A DNA stretch of 63,442 bases, the filler included, from Intoshia linei (Eukaryota; Animalia; Orthonectida): the NCBI GenBank assembly GCA_001642005.1. It is 4 parts of 4 records of this genome, joined end to end, with 100 filler letters (N's around TTAATTAATTAA, not from the genome) between each part and the next. Parts side by side here need not be neighbours in the genome. Positions count along the whole stretch, not along the records: positions 20,164 to 37,115 come from LWCA01000827.1; positions 37,216 to 62,097 come from LWCA01000517.1; 2 more parts are not named here. One strand, written 5' to 3'. This document shows positions 25,701 through 38,833 of the stretch, piece by piece. The notes under the pieces are model-generated. The model saw nothing but the letters and a program-made list of their open reading frames with translations. It ran no database searches and had not been told where the DNA came from. Within the stretch, counting starts at the first letter, position 1. Every line of letters begins with the position of its first letter. Made by a program: the position numbers and the translations under genes.

Positions 25701-28700
25701 TGAGACTACCACAGTGGGCCCCTACTTTCCCTAACATAAATTAAATTATTTAACATAAATAACTATTAACATAACATAAATTATTTTTGGTACAAGCTCG
25801 TCTGATGCTATGACTCATAAATTATGAACATTGTTTAAATTCCCAAAAATATAGAAAATAAAAATTAATTTTAAATTAAGATTAAATATTTTTCAGATAG
25901 CAATTTTCGGTCAAGTAGAGTTTTAACAATTTTAAATTTTTAAAAATTTTTTTTTTAATTGATATGGTGTCATAGTTACATTCAATTTAAATTATAATGG
26001 GTTATTAAATTATTTTTTTTCAGTTTACGGGTACCAACTGTGAAGTATGTTGGGAAGCGCTGTCCTAGTTGGAGAGTCGCCACTGATGTAAATTATATTT
26101 CAATTTAGATGAAACACCTGCATCAGTCAGAGGTACAAAATCAAAAAATGAAACTAATAAGTGAATTAGATACTAAAGATGCAGTAATTAAAAATTTACT
26201 TGATAAGGGTAACATTTTAATGCTACATTCGCATATCTTAATTCAAAAGTATATCCATACTATTTTCTATTAAATTATACGTTTTTGAACAGCTACATGT
26301 TACATATTTGTTGTTAAAAATATAATGTTGATATAACAAAAATTACATCTAAAATTTTATTATTATATTATTTATTTGTTATATTTTATCTTTATTATAT
26401 TTATTTTCCCCCTGAGAATTTGGGTTTTCTAATTCAACTCAGGACTCAGGGTTAAGTGATATTTCTCAGGGTAATTTAATTATTTCAATCAAAATCATCA
26501 GATCAGACATATTTTATTTATATTCTATAATTTTTTTCTCGAATAACAAAAATATAATTGTCGAAAATAATTGATTTTGATCTTGTCTTTTGTGTTGTGT
26601 CATTTGTTTTTTTTCTCTGAAGTATTCATCATGAAGTCATTTTGAAATATGCTATTTGTTATTAGTTATGAAAAATTTAAAGTATTTATTTTAAAATTTG
26701 CAATAAAAATTGTGTGTAAACTGTTATTATTTTTTAAAAAATAGACCCCAAAGTAAAAACGGGCCCACAAAAATTTTTCACGCTTCGCTAAAAACTCAGG
26801 GTTAAGAATAATTAATGTTGGCAATTCTGTATTTGATCGCAAATTTCATTTTTTGAAATTGAGGCTTCAGGGTCAAAAAACCGTATCATTATTTATTTAA
26901 ATAAAGTCGTATAATTAAAAAAACATAAATTTTGATACAATTTTAAAAATTGAATTTTTAAATAAATTTGATCTGAAAGAATTTGATTTACATTACAATT
27001 AATCTAATAGTTGAAATGAAATTTTTTTTCAAAAAAACTAAAATTTAATTGTGGGCATGAGGATGAGGATCCCTGGTGAGGTGTATCTGAGGAGCAAATT
27101 TCTGAGTATACTTTATCTTAATTTTTAAACTGGAAAAAAACAATAATCTATCACATGATTTTTTTAAAATTCTGGGTAAAATTTTCTGAACAAATTCTTA
27201 CATTCATACCGAGTTACAGACGCAGATATTTGGTAACTTTTATTTAAATTTAATTACATTGGATTTAAATTAAATTTTATTTTAATGTTTTTCTGACTAT
27301 ACATTGTGCATTGAATCAAATTCTTTAGAAAAAGAATATGAAAGTTTATTCAAAAATTACAAAACAAAATATGAAGATAAACTGGAGTTGTTGAATAAGA
27401 GCAAAGATGACTGCTTAAATGAAATTAGAAATCATTACGAAACTGAAGTATAATTGAAAAAAATTAGAATAATAAAATAATTTCAGATTGAAAATATTAA
27501 AGAAAATTTCGACATAGAAAAAAATCAAATTATGGAGTTACATAATATAAACATTGATAACGAAGCAAATCGTCACAATAATGATATACAAAAATTGAAT
27601 AATTTACATATCCAAGAAAAAAATAAAATAGTATTTATAATATCATTGTAGTAATTATTTAACTGTTTAACATTTTCGCGACCCAAATTTTCTATATACA
27701 AAAAATGTATTTCAAACATAATATCAAGTGACATAAAAAAATTATTAAATAAGCATTAACAGTTTTATTTTTTAAAATTCGTGCGACTCCGGTAAAAACA
27801 CGTTTTATAGTCCATAATAGTAATTATAAATGAAATTTACGATCAAATGAACAACATCATCTAATAAGGATATTTTTTGTACATTTCTTTATATTTAAGT
27901 ATTAATTTTATTTAAATAACTTTATTCAAAAATATTATGTTACCAAGGAACCATTCCCGCACACCTTGTGATAAAATTCACGCTACGCCACTGGTAGTAA
28001 TAAGTAAACAATTGTAATAATGACTATTTGTTTAATTATAGACACTGATTAATGAAAATCTAAATACTAAAAATGAATCAATTCAAAACCAAGTCATAAT
28101 GTTAAAAAATGAAAATCAATTATTTGAAAACCAATCAACTAATCAAAAACAACATTATTTTGAAATGAAATTAAAAATTGAAAAGTTGGAAAAAGAGTAA
28201 TATAGAAACAATTTATTTTTTACTAAATTTATAGGAAAGTGGACCTTTATAAAAATATTGAATGCGATGAAAAACTTTATACACAGAAAAATGACGAAAA
28301 TTGCAACGAATATAAGTACCAATTGAAAGAAAAAGACGATACTATACATGAGAGAAATCAAATGGTAAATAATACATGTAAATTATCATATTATATCTAT
28401 TTCAGATAGAAGAATGGAACCGAAAAAATCGAGAATTGGAAAATAAATTGAATCAGATGCAAATTGATATCAAAGACATTATGTTGTATTGAATTTTAAT
28501 ATATTCACTATATAGCAATATTTTATTATAGAGAAAAAGAGAACAATTTTGCATATTTTACTGATTTGGTGAAATCGGTAGAAAATGAATGTCAATTGAC
28601 TGTAAATAAAATGAAATGTAGTTATGAAAATGAAATCGACTCTATTGGGGAAAAATGTAGAAAAAAGGTAAAATTTATTAATATTTATTGTAAATGCAAA

Positions 28701-31700
28701 ATAGATATTATCATTTGAAAAAAACACGGAAAAATTAAAATTGTCTCAAACTAACGATATCAAGAATTTGGAAAATCAACTTGAAAATGAAAGAAAACTA
28801 CACGAAGAATCGGTATGTTTATGTTATCTATATTGCTTTCATTTTGTTAAAATCATTTTAGTTGAATAATTTAATGAAACACCATGAACATAAAGTATCT
28901 TTACACGCCAAATATCATCAATCTGAGTTGGCTCTTCAAAAAGAAATAAAAATTGAAGAAATAAAAAAATTAAACAAAAATATAAAAGATTTGACAAATA
29001 AAACTGAAACAATCGCATATCAGAATATAGAAAAAGATTCAGTAATATCATATACTAGTATAGAATATACATATAACAGTACTAGGTTTACTGTTATATA
29101 CTACGTACAAACATCACTTAGGTCTGCCGAGGGCATATTTTTATTCTACCAAAAAAATAAATTCATGTTGAAAATCTAACTTCAAAATCCTACTATTCAC
29201 TATTATCAATTTTTTAAAGGAGTGGTTCCCAAACTTGTTTCAGGTGAAACCATCATATCACATTACTTTTTATTTTAAAGCAAATTATTCCATTTGAATT
29301 TGTTTTGTTAACATTTGCGCAAAGAATTTAAAAACAAATGTTATCCTATTTTTTTAATTTATTAGACAGAATGTGTGTATAATATTAATAATAAAGTAAA
29401 AACAGTCCAATCTTAAAAATCATCATAAATAGCATAAATTCTATAAAAAAATAAAATTATATAAACCTATTTTGTCATTTTCAATGTAATAATATATATT
29501 CAGTATTAATTCAATAAATACTTAAAAATACCAATTATGTATCAATAATTAACGGAATCAGCATATTTTAAGTGAATTTGACTAATATTGCAAAGGATTT
29601 TAATAAATATAAAAATGATAATAACAAAGTTGTATTATTTTTAGTAATTCGTTGTGGTAGTTCTAATTTAAATTTTATAAAAAATGTTTTGAAAAAACTT
29701 CCGAAGAAATGAATTATATAGATTTTCACCCAAATTTCTTTATTTGAAATGTGTAGACGTTCAATACACATTTTTTTTTAAATTATAGGATCAATATTTA
29801 CATTTTCAATTTTTATTTAAATCGAAATATTTGAAAAATGCATATTATAATATTAATGTATATTATTAAATGCATAATGTATATTAAAAATTATTTTTCA
29901 CCGAGCATGCGTAGATTTCTGGGGTTGAAATTTTGTATTTATATCAACTGGAATAAGCTGTGTCAGAATAATATTTTTTTTTAATTTTCGGAGAATTAAA
30001 TTATTTTACATTTTTTGTTTTAATAAAATATTTCGGAAAAAAAATACATAAATACTAAAATGCTTTTTTGACCGTGAAGGCATCACTTATTCAGAATGAA
30101 AGTTTTTTATGTGTGTTAACACGATACAACTGTACAACCTGTAATTTTTTTAAATTCTAGGGCTGTTTTCATTAAAAAAAAGGGTTATTTGGAGTTTTGG
30201 CCCTAAGATATATTTTTTTGAATTTTCCAACTCGTTTGATTTTCAAAAAAAAAGGACAATTGGGGTTTTTGACCCGTAGGATGTGAGTTTGGGAGGTTGA
30301 AATTTATTTTGCTAACACCCCGGAAAAAATTGTAATTGAAATGGGAACTTTATTAAATTTTAAGACAAGTATATATTAAAATAAACGGGAACACATATCA
30401 CTCAAACAAATATTACGTAGCATATTATATAAGTAAGGATAGTATACCAGAAATAATAAATTTAAGTAAAAATATAATATTATAATTATTAGAAAATTGA
30501 ATCAGTACTTAAAGCAAAGAAGGAAATGGAAAGATTGAATGAAAGTTTAATCAAAGAACACCAAAACAATTTACAAAATTTCCAACAAAAGTGTGAAGAA
30601 AATATTAAATTGTCAAATATTCAATTTTATAAGCAAGTTAGAATTTTTAAATTTCTATTACAAGTTGATAAATTATAGTTAACTCAACTAACAACCAAAT
30701 TTGAAGCAATTAATCAGGATATTAAAAGCAAAAATTCATCCAATATAGAAAAACTAAAAAATGATGTAATGTACATGTTTATATACTATCATTTAATAAT
30801 ACATTATGTAATTATAGTAATATACATTATAATAATTTATATTATAATAATTTATATTATAATATATTGTCGTATACAGAGAGGGAACATACCAATAGCA
30901 AACAGAATTTAAATTCAAAACAAGCTACATACATGTATGTTAAACATACATAAATTTCTTAAATGTACATAACAATTTGTTACAATAATTATTTAACTGT
31001 ACATAAATATATATAAAATAGTTTCATAATAAAAAAATTAGTACTAAAATGCTTTTTTTTACCGTGAAGGACTGACTTTTTACGGTTTTACAAACTCTTT
31101 GACAGATTGAAATTTTTTTAAATTTTAAGACTATTTTCATTTTTTAAAAAAAAGGCAATCTGGGGTTTTGGTCATGAAAATACACTTTTTGAGATTTCCA
31201 TTTATTATGATGCTTATGATTTTAAAAACTACCCAGAATTTATGTTTCATAAGATTTAGGACATGTTTTATTTTTAAAACAAATGGTAATTTGTGGTTTT
31301 GACCATGAAGGTATGGGTTTGTGAGGCTGAGATTGTTAATCATTTTAAAACACGTCCCAGAATATATGTTTTATTAAAATTTTGTGCTGATTTATTTTTT
31401 AAACAAAAGAGGAAATTGAGTTTTTGATCCGGAAGAACTCAAATTCGGAAACTGAAAAATAGATATAAACACGCTCTGGGAAAAACTTTATTAGAAATTG
31501 GGTTTTTTAAATTATACGACTGTCAATTTTTTAAATAAACGGTTAGACACAGAGACATACACACACGAACACACTCACGCAGACATTCGATTTTATATAA
31601 GTAATGGACAACATCTTATTTTTGCACTAAGTTATGCTTTTTAGATACTTTAAAGTAATTTGGCTAAATTACAGAAAATATTATAAGCAAATAAATTTTA

Positions 31701-34700
31701 GATTGTTTACTTACAACTTACTTAAAGTATTAACCTTTTGTGGAATATTTGTTTATTTCAAGATGAGATATGTTGTAAAATTTAAAACAAGCTGTGTGGA
31801 ATTGAATTATATTTATTACACAAAATGTAATTTTTGCACTAAGTGGTGGTCAACTTAATTAACTCGCCGGCCACAATTTTTATAAAAGTCGATTATATTT
31901 AAATATCAATAGCTCAACAAAAAATGTAGGCGTGTTTTCAATTTTCGGTGAAATTTAGTATTTACATTGTTAGTATCACGCATATACAGAGTTGCCAGAA
32001 AATAAAGCTGAAATATTCAGCTAAAATTGATTGACCAAAAAAATTTTAGAAAACAAAATAATTGATTAGTTATCAATGATTTTCTATTGTTACAAATTCA
32101 TTGATAGGCTCAATTTTTATTAAAATTTATATATTATTTTAAAGGTATTTTTACATGCGTTTTTCATTACAAATAGGATCAGTGATCATTGATACATCAC
32201 ATTTATATCAGGAATTTATCACATTTAACTTTAAAGTTATAACTAGGGCGATTATTTTTTAACTAGGGCAAATTTTGATATGTTCATACGCATCAAATTA
32301 CAATCACAATGATAGTAATTTTACGTGTATTAATTGGCTAATTAAAATTTGATTAAGTTAATAAAGTTAAATTATATTTTCAAACATTAATTTTGTTTTG
32401 TACTTTTATTTTATGCATATTGATAGTATTGGAAGTTCAATTAAAACATCGAATGACTTTGCAACAGAAATGGCGGAAGTAATTCTATCTGCGGACATAC
32501 TTCTAAAAAGTTAAATAACGTAAAGTTAAGAACAATATTTAAAAAAAAGGGAATAATTTTGCCATCTGAAAGCAATTGTAGAAATAAAATTGATGATTTG
32601 TAATTTGAATGAAATGGAGAGAATAAAAAATTATTGTATTAATAAATTAGTCTATCATTACGGACGAAACTGATTTAAACGGATATAAGTACATTAATAC
32701 TATGATCGGAACATTAGAAACACCTCAGAATGTTAAATTTTAATTTTAAAATTGGGTTATTGAGCGGATTATAATCAATATTTTTTATTTTTATTTAGTT
32801 ATAGTGGTCAGATTAATATGTATTATCACTTTTAGTATATTTGGTATACATTTTAAGCTGAAAATTTTTATTCATCATAGATAAGTAGTTTTGGCTATAC
32901 ATTTAATACCAAATACACTAAAATTGATATAGTACGTATTTTTTCTGGCCACTTCAATTTAGTGATAGATAAGATAAAAATGGTCCTATAAACCCAAATT
33001 AAGACTGAAAAATTCAAGTGCCAACAAAATATGTTATAAAATAAAAACATTTCATGGTTCCAATGTCTTGCCTGAAAAATTTTTCAGACTAATGAAAATA
33101 CTGAACATTCACAAACAAAAACACGGATGGATTAAGAGATTGTGATGTAAAAATAAGGTAAGTGAAGTTAGATAGGGTAGAAAAGGAACAGTAGAAAAAA
33201 TAAATTTTCTGTCTGATACGTTTTTTAACCAATTACAATTATAATACCAATTCAATAAAAAATATATATATACTACACCTAAAATCACTTTCTATGCCAG
33301 AATAAATATTCAATTCTAAATAAAAACTAACCAAATACCTTTTTTATTTTGTGGAAACCGTAGTTTTTTAACTAAATATATTACAAATTAATTCAAAAAT
33401 GCATTTATAAACTTATCTTATCTTCTGTTTGAGCTCGATATGTTTCAGTTTTGTATGCGACATATATTACTACTATGTATTGTAGTTTTCAAAGCGTTTA
33501 AGATACATACTTTGCGAAAAAAAAGTATCTGAAAATGAAAAAATTAAAGTAATTTCACTGTTATTTTACAATAATGCCGTTTTATTAAATTAGATAAGAT
33601 TGAATAAGTAAGAAATTGTGTTATTTTATTAATGTTTAAATATTTGGGGTCATATTTTTTCATATGGGGACTATTTCAGCAAAACCCAGTCAAATTTTTG
33701 GAGCAAATCGATTTGAAGTATTAAGAAATTTTTTTATATATTACATATTATTACCAAAAATTATGGATACACCTCAACATTGAATTTCGTGAAAACCAGA
33801 ATAAATGAGATAACCTACAAAAATATGGTAAAACATCAAATACAACAGAGCCGTAGAAACCGACCCATATATAATAAACGTTGTATATACAATAGCGACA
33901 GATTAAGTGAGCCATTTTATATTGAATAAACAGCGAAACATGGATCAGTTGTAAAAAGTGGACAATTTTTTTTAAAATTTTCGTTAATTTCAATTTTTCT
34001 GTATAAAATGAGTTACATCCTGGTAAAACTAAAATTTCGACAAAAAAAAGCGGCCCATTTGGTCTGAAAAAAACTTACGGAATATCTAGTAACTAAATAA
34101 CAATTTTATAGTTACACCCATAAAAAAGGTTAAAAACAACATTGACCATTTTGTATAAGCGAAACATATTTTAGAAAAAATGGTCTATTTATTCTGTCCT
34201 TGTACATTATTTCGTATTTGATTATAATTTTACTACGTTTATTATTTTAGAAATTTAATAAAATGTACGAATCAATGGAAATTAAGATTCAAAACTTTGA
34301 AAAGTATATTTATATATAAATTTTTACATAAATGAAGACTCGTAATTTACGAGTTGTAAATAATGAACTTTAAAAAAATCCCATTGAAAATCCAACAACC
34401 AACTTTTGGTCATCATATCAAAAATCAATTAAATTACAATTGAATTAACACATATGACGTCGCGATGTTATGTACATATGTAAATATAATGTTAAATATG
34501 AAATTTGTTTAAAAAAATGTCCACGAAAAGTTACATGTAACAACTTTAAAATTTCGGCCTGTGCACGTTTCAATTTAGAGTTTATTATTAATCCTATACC
34601 TTTCTATATTATATACAATTTATAACGAACATTGATTTTCGTGAGTACTACATGTATAAGTTAAATATTACAGTTATTATTTTTTTATATTATATTAATG

Positions 34701-34808
34701 TATGTTTAAATTTTAAATTTTAGTAAATTATCAAGTATTAGAAGTATAGATGAAACAAAAATTGAAGACTACAAAATTATTGAAAATAAATTGAAGAGGA
34801 CTATCAAA
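22711..34808 (+). CDS. CEP112/CCDC46-like long coiled-coil protein, multi-exon, 3' end not found
   Basis: Exons 22711-22783, 22864-22930, 23007-23103, 23143-23214, 23535-23583, 24183-24220, 24977-25063, 26109-26208, 27329-27447, 27487-27630, 28042-28196, 28235-28364, 28406-28485, 28532-28667, 28705-28812, 28862-29041, 30493-30636, 30679-30765, 34251-34303, 34724-34808 (small exons near 24490 and 24920 unresolved). The N-terminus EFDVMLAELKPYIQRM resembles the CEP112 N-terminal motif (EFD....DMKPFVLKL); the rest is E/K-rich coiled coil. The gene is well supported; its identity is moderately supported. Confidence 0.6.
23898..24057. repeat. Inverted repeat within a MITE-like insert
   Basis: TTTTTAAATTTGTTTCTAGCTCAATTTTT pairs with AAAAATTGAGCTAGAAACAAATTTAAAAA (about 28 bp, essentially perfect). 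Confidence 0.75.
24245..24436. mobile_element. hAT MITE (192 bp)
   Basis: CAGTGGTTCCAAA / TTTGGAACCACTA termini; perfect 8-bp TSD ATTTAAAT. Confidence 0.85.
24529..24627. mobile_element. Tiny MITE / foldback
   Basis: TAGTGATGCGACGATTCCTA ... TAGAAATCGTCGAATCACCA imperfect inverted termini. Confidence 0.5.
25100..25442. mobile_element. hAT-like MITE
   Basis: TAGTGTTTCAAT / ATTGAAACATTA termini with subterminal TTACCGGTAA motifs; 8-bp TSD ATTGACAT on both sides. Confidence 0.8.
25790..26062. mobile_element. Partial copy of the hAT MITE family also found at 42640 and 57886
   Basis: Shares AGCTCGTCTGAT.CTATGACTCATAAA, GGTCAAGTAGAGTTTTAA and the terminal GTATGTTGGGAAGCGCTG. Confidence 0.7.
29082..30439 (-). 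mobile_element. Complete non-autonomous Helitron (1358 bp)
   Basis: Minus strand reads A|TCCTTACTTATATAAT ... GCCCTCGGCAGACC..TGTTTGTACGTAGTATATAACAGTAAACCTAG|T: 5' TC, 3' hairpin + CTAG, insertion between A and T, no TSD. Confidence 0.9.
31030..31618 (-). mobile_element. Helitron 5' portion (second subfamily), four internal units
   Basis: Unit motif at about 31058, 31168, 31299 and 31423; (CA)-rich microsatellite 31546-31590; ATATAAGTAATGGA end. Confidence 0.75.
31987..33075 (+). mobile_element. Decayed hAT-type (CGGBP1-related) transposon
   Basis: CAGAGTTGCCAG terminus at about 31987. Frameshifted translation at 32450-32730 reads FATEMAEVILSADILL-KLNN..LR..F...LPSESNCR...SIITDETDLNGYKYINTMIGTL, with ISWFQCLA near 33050. 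This matches the SANIPL.KLNN / SIDETTD..GRY / TCLAH pattern. Confidence 0.7.
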
Positions 34809-35373
34809 GTAATATTTGTTAAAAATTAAGTGTTGTGTGAGAATTTTAAAAATAGCGTCCCTTAGAATATCGATATGATCTACTGAAATAAAAATTATTG
34901 AAAGATTTCGGTGCTGTACTGATTTGTCCTATAGGACCTACATTCTCTAGAGAAGGTTTCTTAACCTTTTTTAATTTTAGCACCCACGTTATACAGATCA
35001 ATTATTTCCAGCACCTCTATAAAAAATTAAAAATGATGCCTTAAAATTCAACGTAAAAATTCTATTTTATTGATATTTTTAAAAACCCTAATTACATAAA
35101 ACATAATCAATAACATCAAGAAATGGTAAAAATGAACATATAAGCTGTATTTGATCAAATTTAAATTCACTCAACATTTAAACATTCCACTGATTTGATC
35201 GATAAAGTAAAAAATAAATCATCATATTTGAAATAATTTTAAATCGAAATTTAAAAAATGAAAATAAACTAAATGACAAGGTTACGAAAAATATATTATA
35301 TAATTTAGGAAACTATTTTGTCGACGTGGGCCCGACTTTTTGGAAAATTATACTTTAAAAACAGCAATTCTAA

Positions 35374-35552
35374 TGTAACAGATAAGTGATCTATAATATT
35401 TATTGAATTAAATAATAATTAATTAAGTTAACCTATAATAAATTATTTAATTCGATTTTAATGTGATTTGATTTGAGTGATAATGTGTGTGTTGATAATG
35501 AGAATAAAGTATGTACTTTATTAACATTACAGCAATCATAAATATAGTTACA
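35374..35552 (-). repeat. Putative LTR (TGTAAC...GTTACA)
   Basis: 6-bp inverted TG..CA ends, a short purine run (GAGAAA) immediately upstream on the minus strand, and adjacent pol-like remnants. Confidence 0.45.
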
Positions 35553-36457
35553 TTTCTCATTATGTATGACCCTGTATTTTTTGTTTTGTGAAAAAGTTAA
35601 CACCCTAGTGTTCATTCGAGATTTGATTTCTTAATTGTGGATTTGTTTCAGTGTCTACAATGATTTCTTCGGGTAAACTAGTATTATTTATTTTTGAGTT
35701 AATCGGTGTTTCATTACGTTTGAATGTAGTGGATGTAGTATTTTCACAATTTTTAGTAAGAAAAGATGAACTTTTTACAATTTCAGCAGTAGGAGATTGA
35801 ACACGTTTCATAAATGGTTATGTTTATTGCTGTTTATTGGTAACAAGAAATTATAATTTAAAGCTTCTCTTAGGATCTAATTGTAAAAGTGACTTTGAGA
35901 AAGTATAAATTATTATTTGAATAGCATTTAATTATTAAACTTTATAGATTTAAAGGATTTAAATTATTCAACTTATTCATTAGTTTAATCTAAAAATAAA
36001 GTTAAATTCTATTTATTAATTTAACATTTTTAAATATTTTAATATGTATATTAGAGTGTCCACTTTTTTTATTAGAAAAAGCCAGTTTGCACGTGATGCC
36101 TTTTTTGATTTTAAGTATGTTAAGTCGATTATTCGATTAGGTGTTTAATTATACAATGATAATTTAAAATAATAATTAAGATTTTTGGACAGTATAGTAA
36201 CATATAGTATTAATATATCTTTAGTAAATATCTATGGATATTTACTACATAAGAGAAATGTGGGGCAAAAAAATTTTTTTCATCAATGTGAGGATTATTG
36301 GACAGGCTGATATTTTCGCTATGACAAAAGTCGAGTATATACTCGTAGTGCATTTGACACTGCTCGTTTAAACCTGGTTCCATGTCACAATCAGGTGACT
36401 TTAATTTTTTTATTATGTCAATAGTTGAAGAAATATAATTGTTGAGATTCGTTTGCA

Positions 36458-36904
36458 TTAAAATGTACGCATTATCGGTTGGTTTGTTAGAACTAACCTG
36501 GTTAATTGTATCATAATTTGAGAGATGTGGTGGAGGCTTACGAACCCTGTTTTGATCGCTTCGTGGTTTGTATAATTTTTGTTCCTTTGATTTAATTGGT
36601 TTGTTAGGAATATAATTGTCAGTGTGGTAACTTTTACTCTTCTGGACACGTTTGTCGTAGTTATGTTTTCAGCCTTTAATTTCTTTTCATATCTATAATA
36701 TTTATTTGATTTAGGCAATTTCTTGTTCAGTGATAGTATTTTTACGGCTTCGATACAATCTGTATCTTTCGATTGGCCATGTTTCCAATTTAATACGTCA
36801 GCATTTTGTACAATAGCGTTAGTAAATTCAAGACGTGATAATATATCGGCTGTGTCGTTTAAATGACCGGGCCTGTAGTTAATTGTAAAATCAAATTGTT
36901 CCAA
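36458..36904 (-). pseudogene. Ty3/gypsy pol fragments (RNase H end and integrase C-terminal tail)
   Basis: LEQFDFTINYRPGHLNDTADILSRL is the canonical L.EFDF.I.Y+PG..N..AD.LSR motif. Another frame gives RVRKPPPHLSNYD near 36510-36550. Confidence 0.85.
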
Positions 36905-37115
36905 TCCAATTGTAAGATTTAATTATTATTTTGTAAAGAAGTCGATTATTCGAGTAGGTGTTTAATTATACAATGATAATTTAACATAGTAATTGAGATC
37001 CTTGGACAGTAGGGTGTCAACGGTATCTTAAGTGCAATGCCGCTTAGGAATAATTAGATGGTTATATACATTTAAAGTGTTAATTCGTTGAAAAAAATTA
37101 TTTTTATACACTAAT

Positions 37116-37215
37116 NNNNNNNNNNNNNNNNNNNNNNNNNNNNNNNNNNNNNNNNNNNNTTAATTAATTAANNNNNNNNNNNNNNNNNNNNNNNNNNNNN
37201 NNNNNNNNNNNNNNN
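37116..37215. other. Artificial scaffold spacer
   Basis: 44 N + TTAATTAATTAA + 44 N. Confidence 0.97.
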
Positions 37216-38045
37216 TCTTCTTTAAATGTGATACTCTGATCATCTTTGTAAAATTTGAACAAAATTTTACTTTTAAATAAACAAAATCTGCTAGAATTGA
37301 TTCGCCTTTTTGCATTCTTGTAGTTATTCCATAATTCTTTTAACTTACTTTCCATTCTATCGACCAATACAAAATTTAAGCCAGACATTATACTAATTTT
37401 TTCAATTTCTGTAGAAATTAATCTAAAAGGTTTTATAACCGTATCGTGTTTTAATGCCAAAATTCTTTTTAATACTTGACCATTAGCTGGCAAATTTTTC
37501 TGGTCAAAATTATAACCAATATAATGTTTCACAAAAATGTTTTCACTTTGTAACTTCATTTAAGTCAATAATTTACAAAATTTCGCAAATTCACGTTGAT
37601 ATATAATTGAATCTTTAATTAAGTTTAATTTAATTTGAAATCGTACATATTGACAATACAATTTATTTGCCAAATTGAACTTTATTACCACATAAATGTT
37701 TAAATCTTATTTTATCTTGCCATACTTCAAAACAAGTTTTTATCAAAAAATTTTCTTACTATGTGTAACGTGTGAGACGAAATATAGTTATCGATCGAGA
37801 TATCTGGTGTTATTAAGACTTTAGACACAAGAAAGAGCAATATTTTATTTAAGTAGAAATATATTTATAAGTCTTGATATTGAGTGATAATAGATTTGTC
37901 TTGTAACTATTTTAATCTAAGTTAGTTTTAAATTAATATTAAATGATAGTAGAATATGTTCGCTATGGTCTATTTTTTATAAAACTACATCTATTTAACC
38001 CGAAAGTTCTTAGTAGTTACATACTGTGAAACACCCTAAGGTACA
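37216..38045 (-). mobile_element. 5' end of a DNA transposon with a transposase-like ORF running into the gap
   Basis: Terminus TGTACCTTAGGGTGTTTCAC at 38045-38026. The uninterrupted ORF 37559-37216 has an LPANGQVLKRIL...EIEKI...KLKELWNNYKNAK pattern, like N-termini of invertebrate transposase-like proteins. Confidence 0.5.
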
Positions 38046-38124
38046 TATTATTTATATTGTTATATTATTATGATTATTATCATAATATTGTATATGTTAT
38101 TTTATTTTCAATCCACATATTTAG

Positions 38125-38507
38125 GTTTTTAAGGTACTAACATTAGAGATTGATAGAATTTCATATATTGAAAGAAAATGTAATTTACAATTGCACCTCA
38201 TTATGCGAACTGATAGTTTCGGTGTAATATTAATGGAACCTATGTATCAATGGTCTGATGGAAACGTAACCTTTCTTTTTAATTTTAAAGACAAGTTATT
38301 TAGTCATTTGAAAATATAATGGAAAATTGTCAAAATATAAACGAAGGTCACATGGTAAGAAGCGTGCAACGATTAGACGAACTGATTCGATCGATTATAA
38401 CGTCCCTACAATTAGTGGATGATCATGTTATGTGTAAAAAAATGCAGGAATGTAGTACAAGTATTCATCGAAATATAGTTTTTGCCTCTAGTTTGTATCA
38501 TAAATAG
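38125..38507 (+). CDS. SKIC2: SKI2 (SKIV2L) RNA helicase, last two exons (DSHCT domain)
   Basis: Exons 38125-38265 and 38304-38507 give LMEPMYQWSDGN|SFENIMENCQNINEGHMVRSVQRLDELIRS...KMQECSTSIHRNIVFASSLYHK*. VR..QRLDE favours SKI2 over MTR4 (IR.MRRLEE). Confidence 0.85.
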
Positions 38508-38833
38508 GCCACCATTCTTGTTTATTAAAATTGTAAGTATATTTGTTAAATATTTGCTATCGATATGTTTTTAATAAGCACACTTATATATTTCTTGTAA
38601 TTAAAATGTTAATCTGAATTCTTTGAATGTTAAATTTTAAATTTAATGTACTCATTTATTCCATTAATTCAAGTCTTAACTCATTATTCTCTACAATGTT
38701 TTGATTATTATTTTTTTATTGGTGTAACCTATTTAAGAAATTGATTGTTTTTATAAACGCTACATGCATTTGTAATGTTGAATTTAAATGAAATTACCGT
38801 GATATACTCTCAAATTCCTCTCAACGCGTAAAC

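Noticed and set aside
33690-33720. AATTTTTGGAGCA Sm-site/U2-like motif
   Set aside because: No other snRNA sequence or structure nearby; it sits in TE-like sequence.
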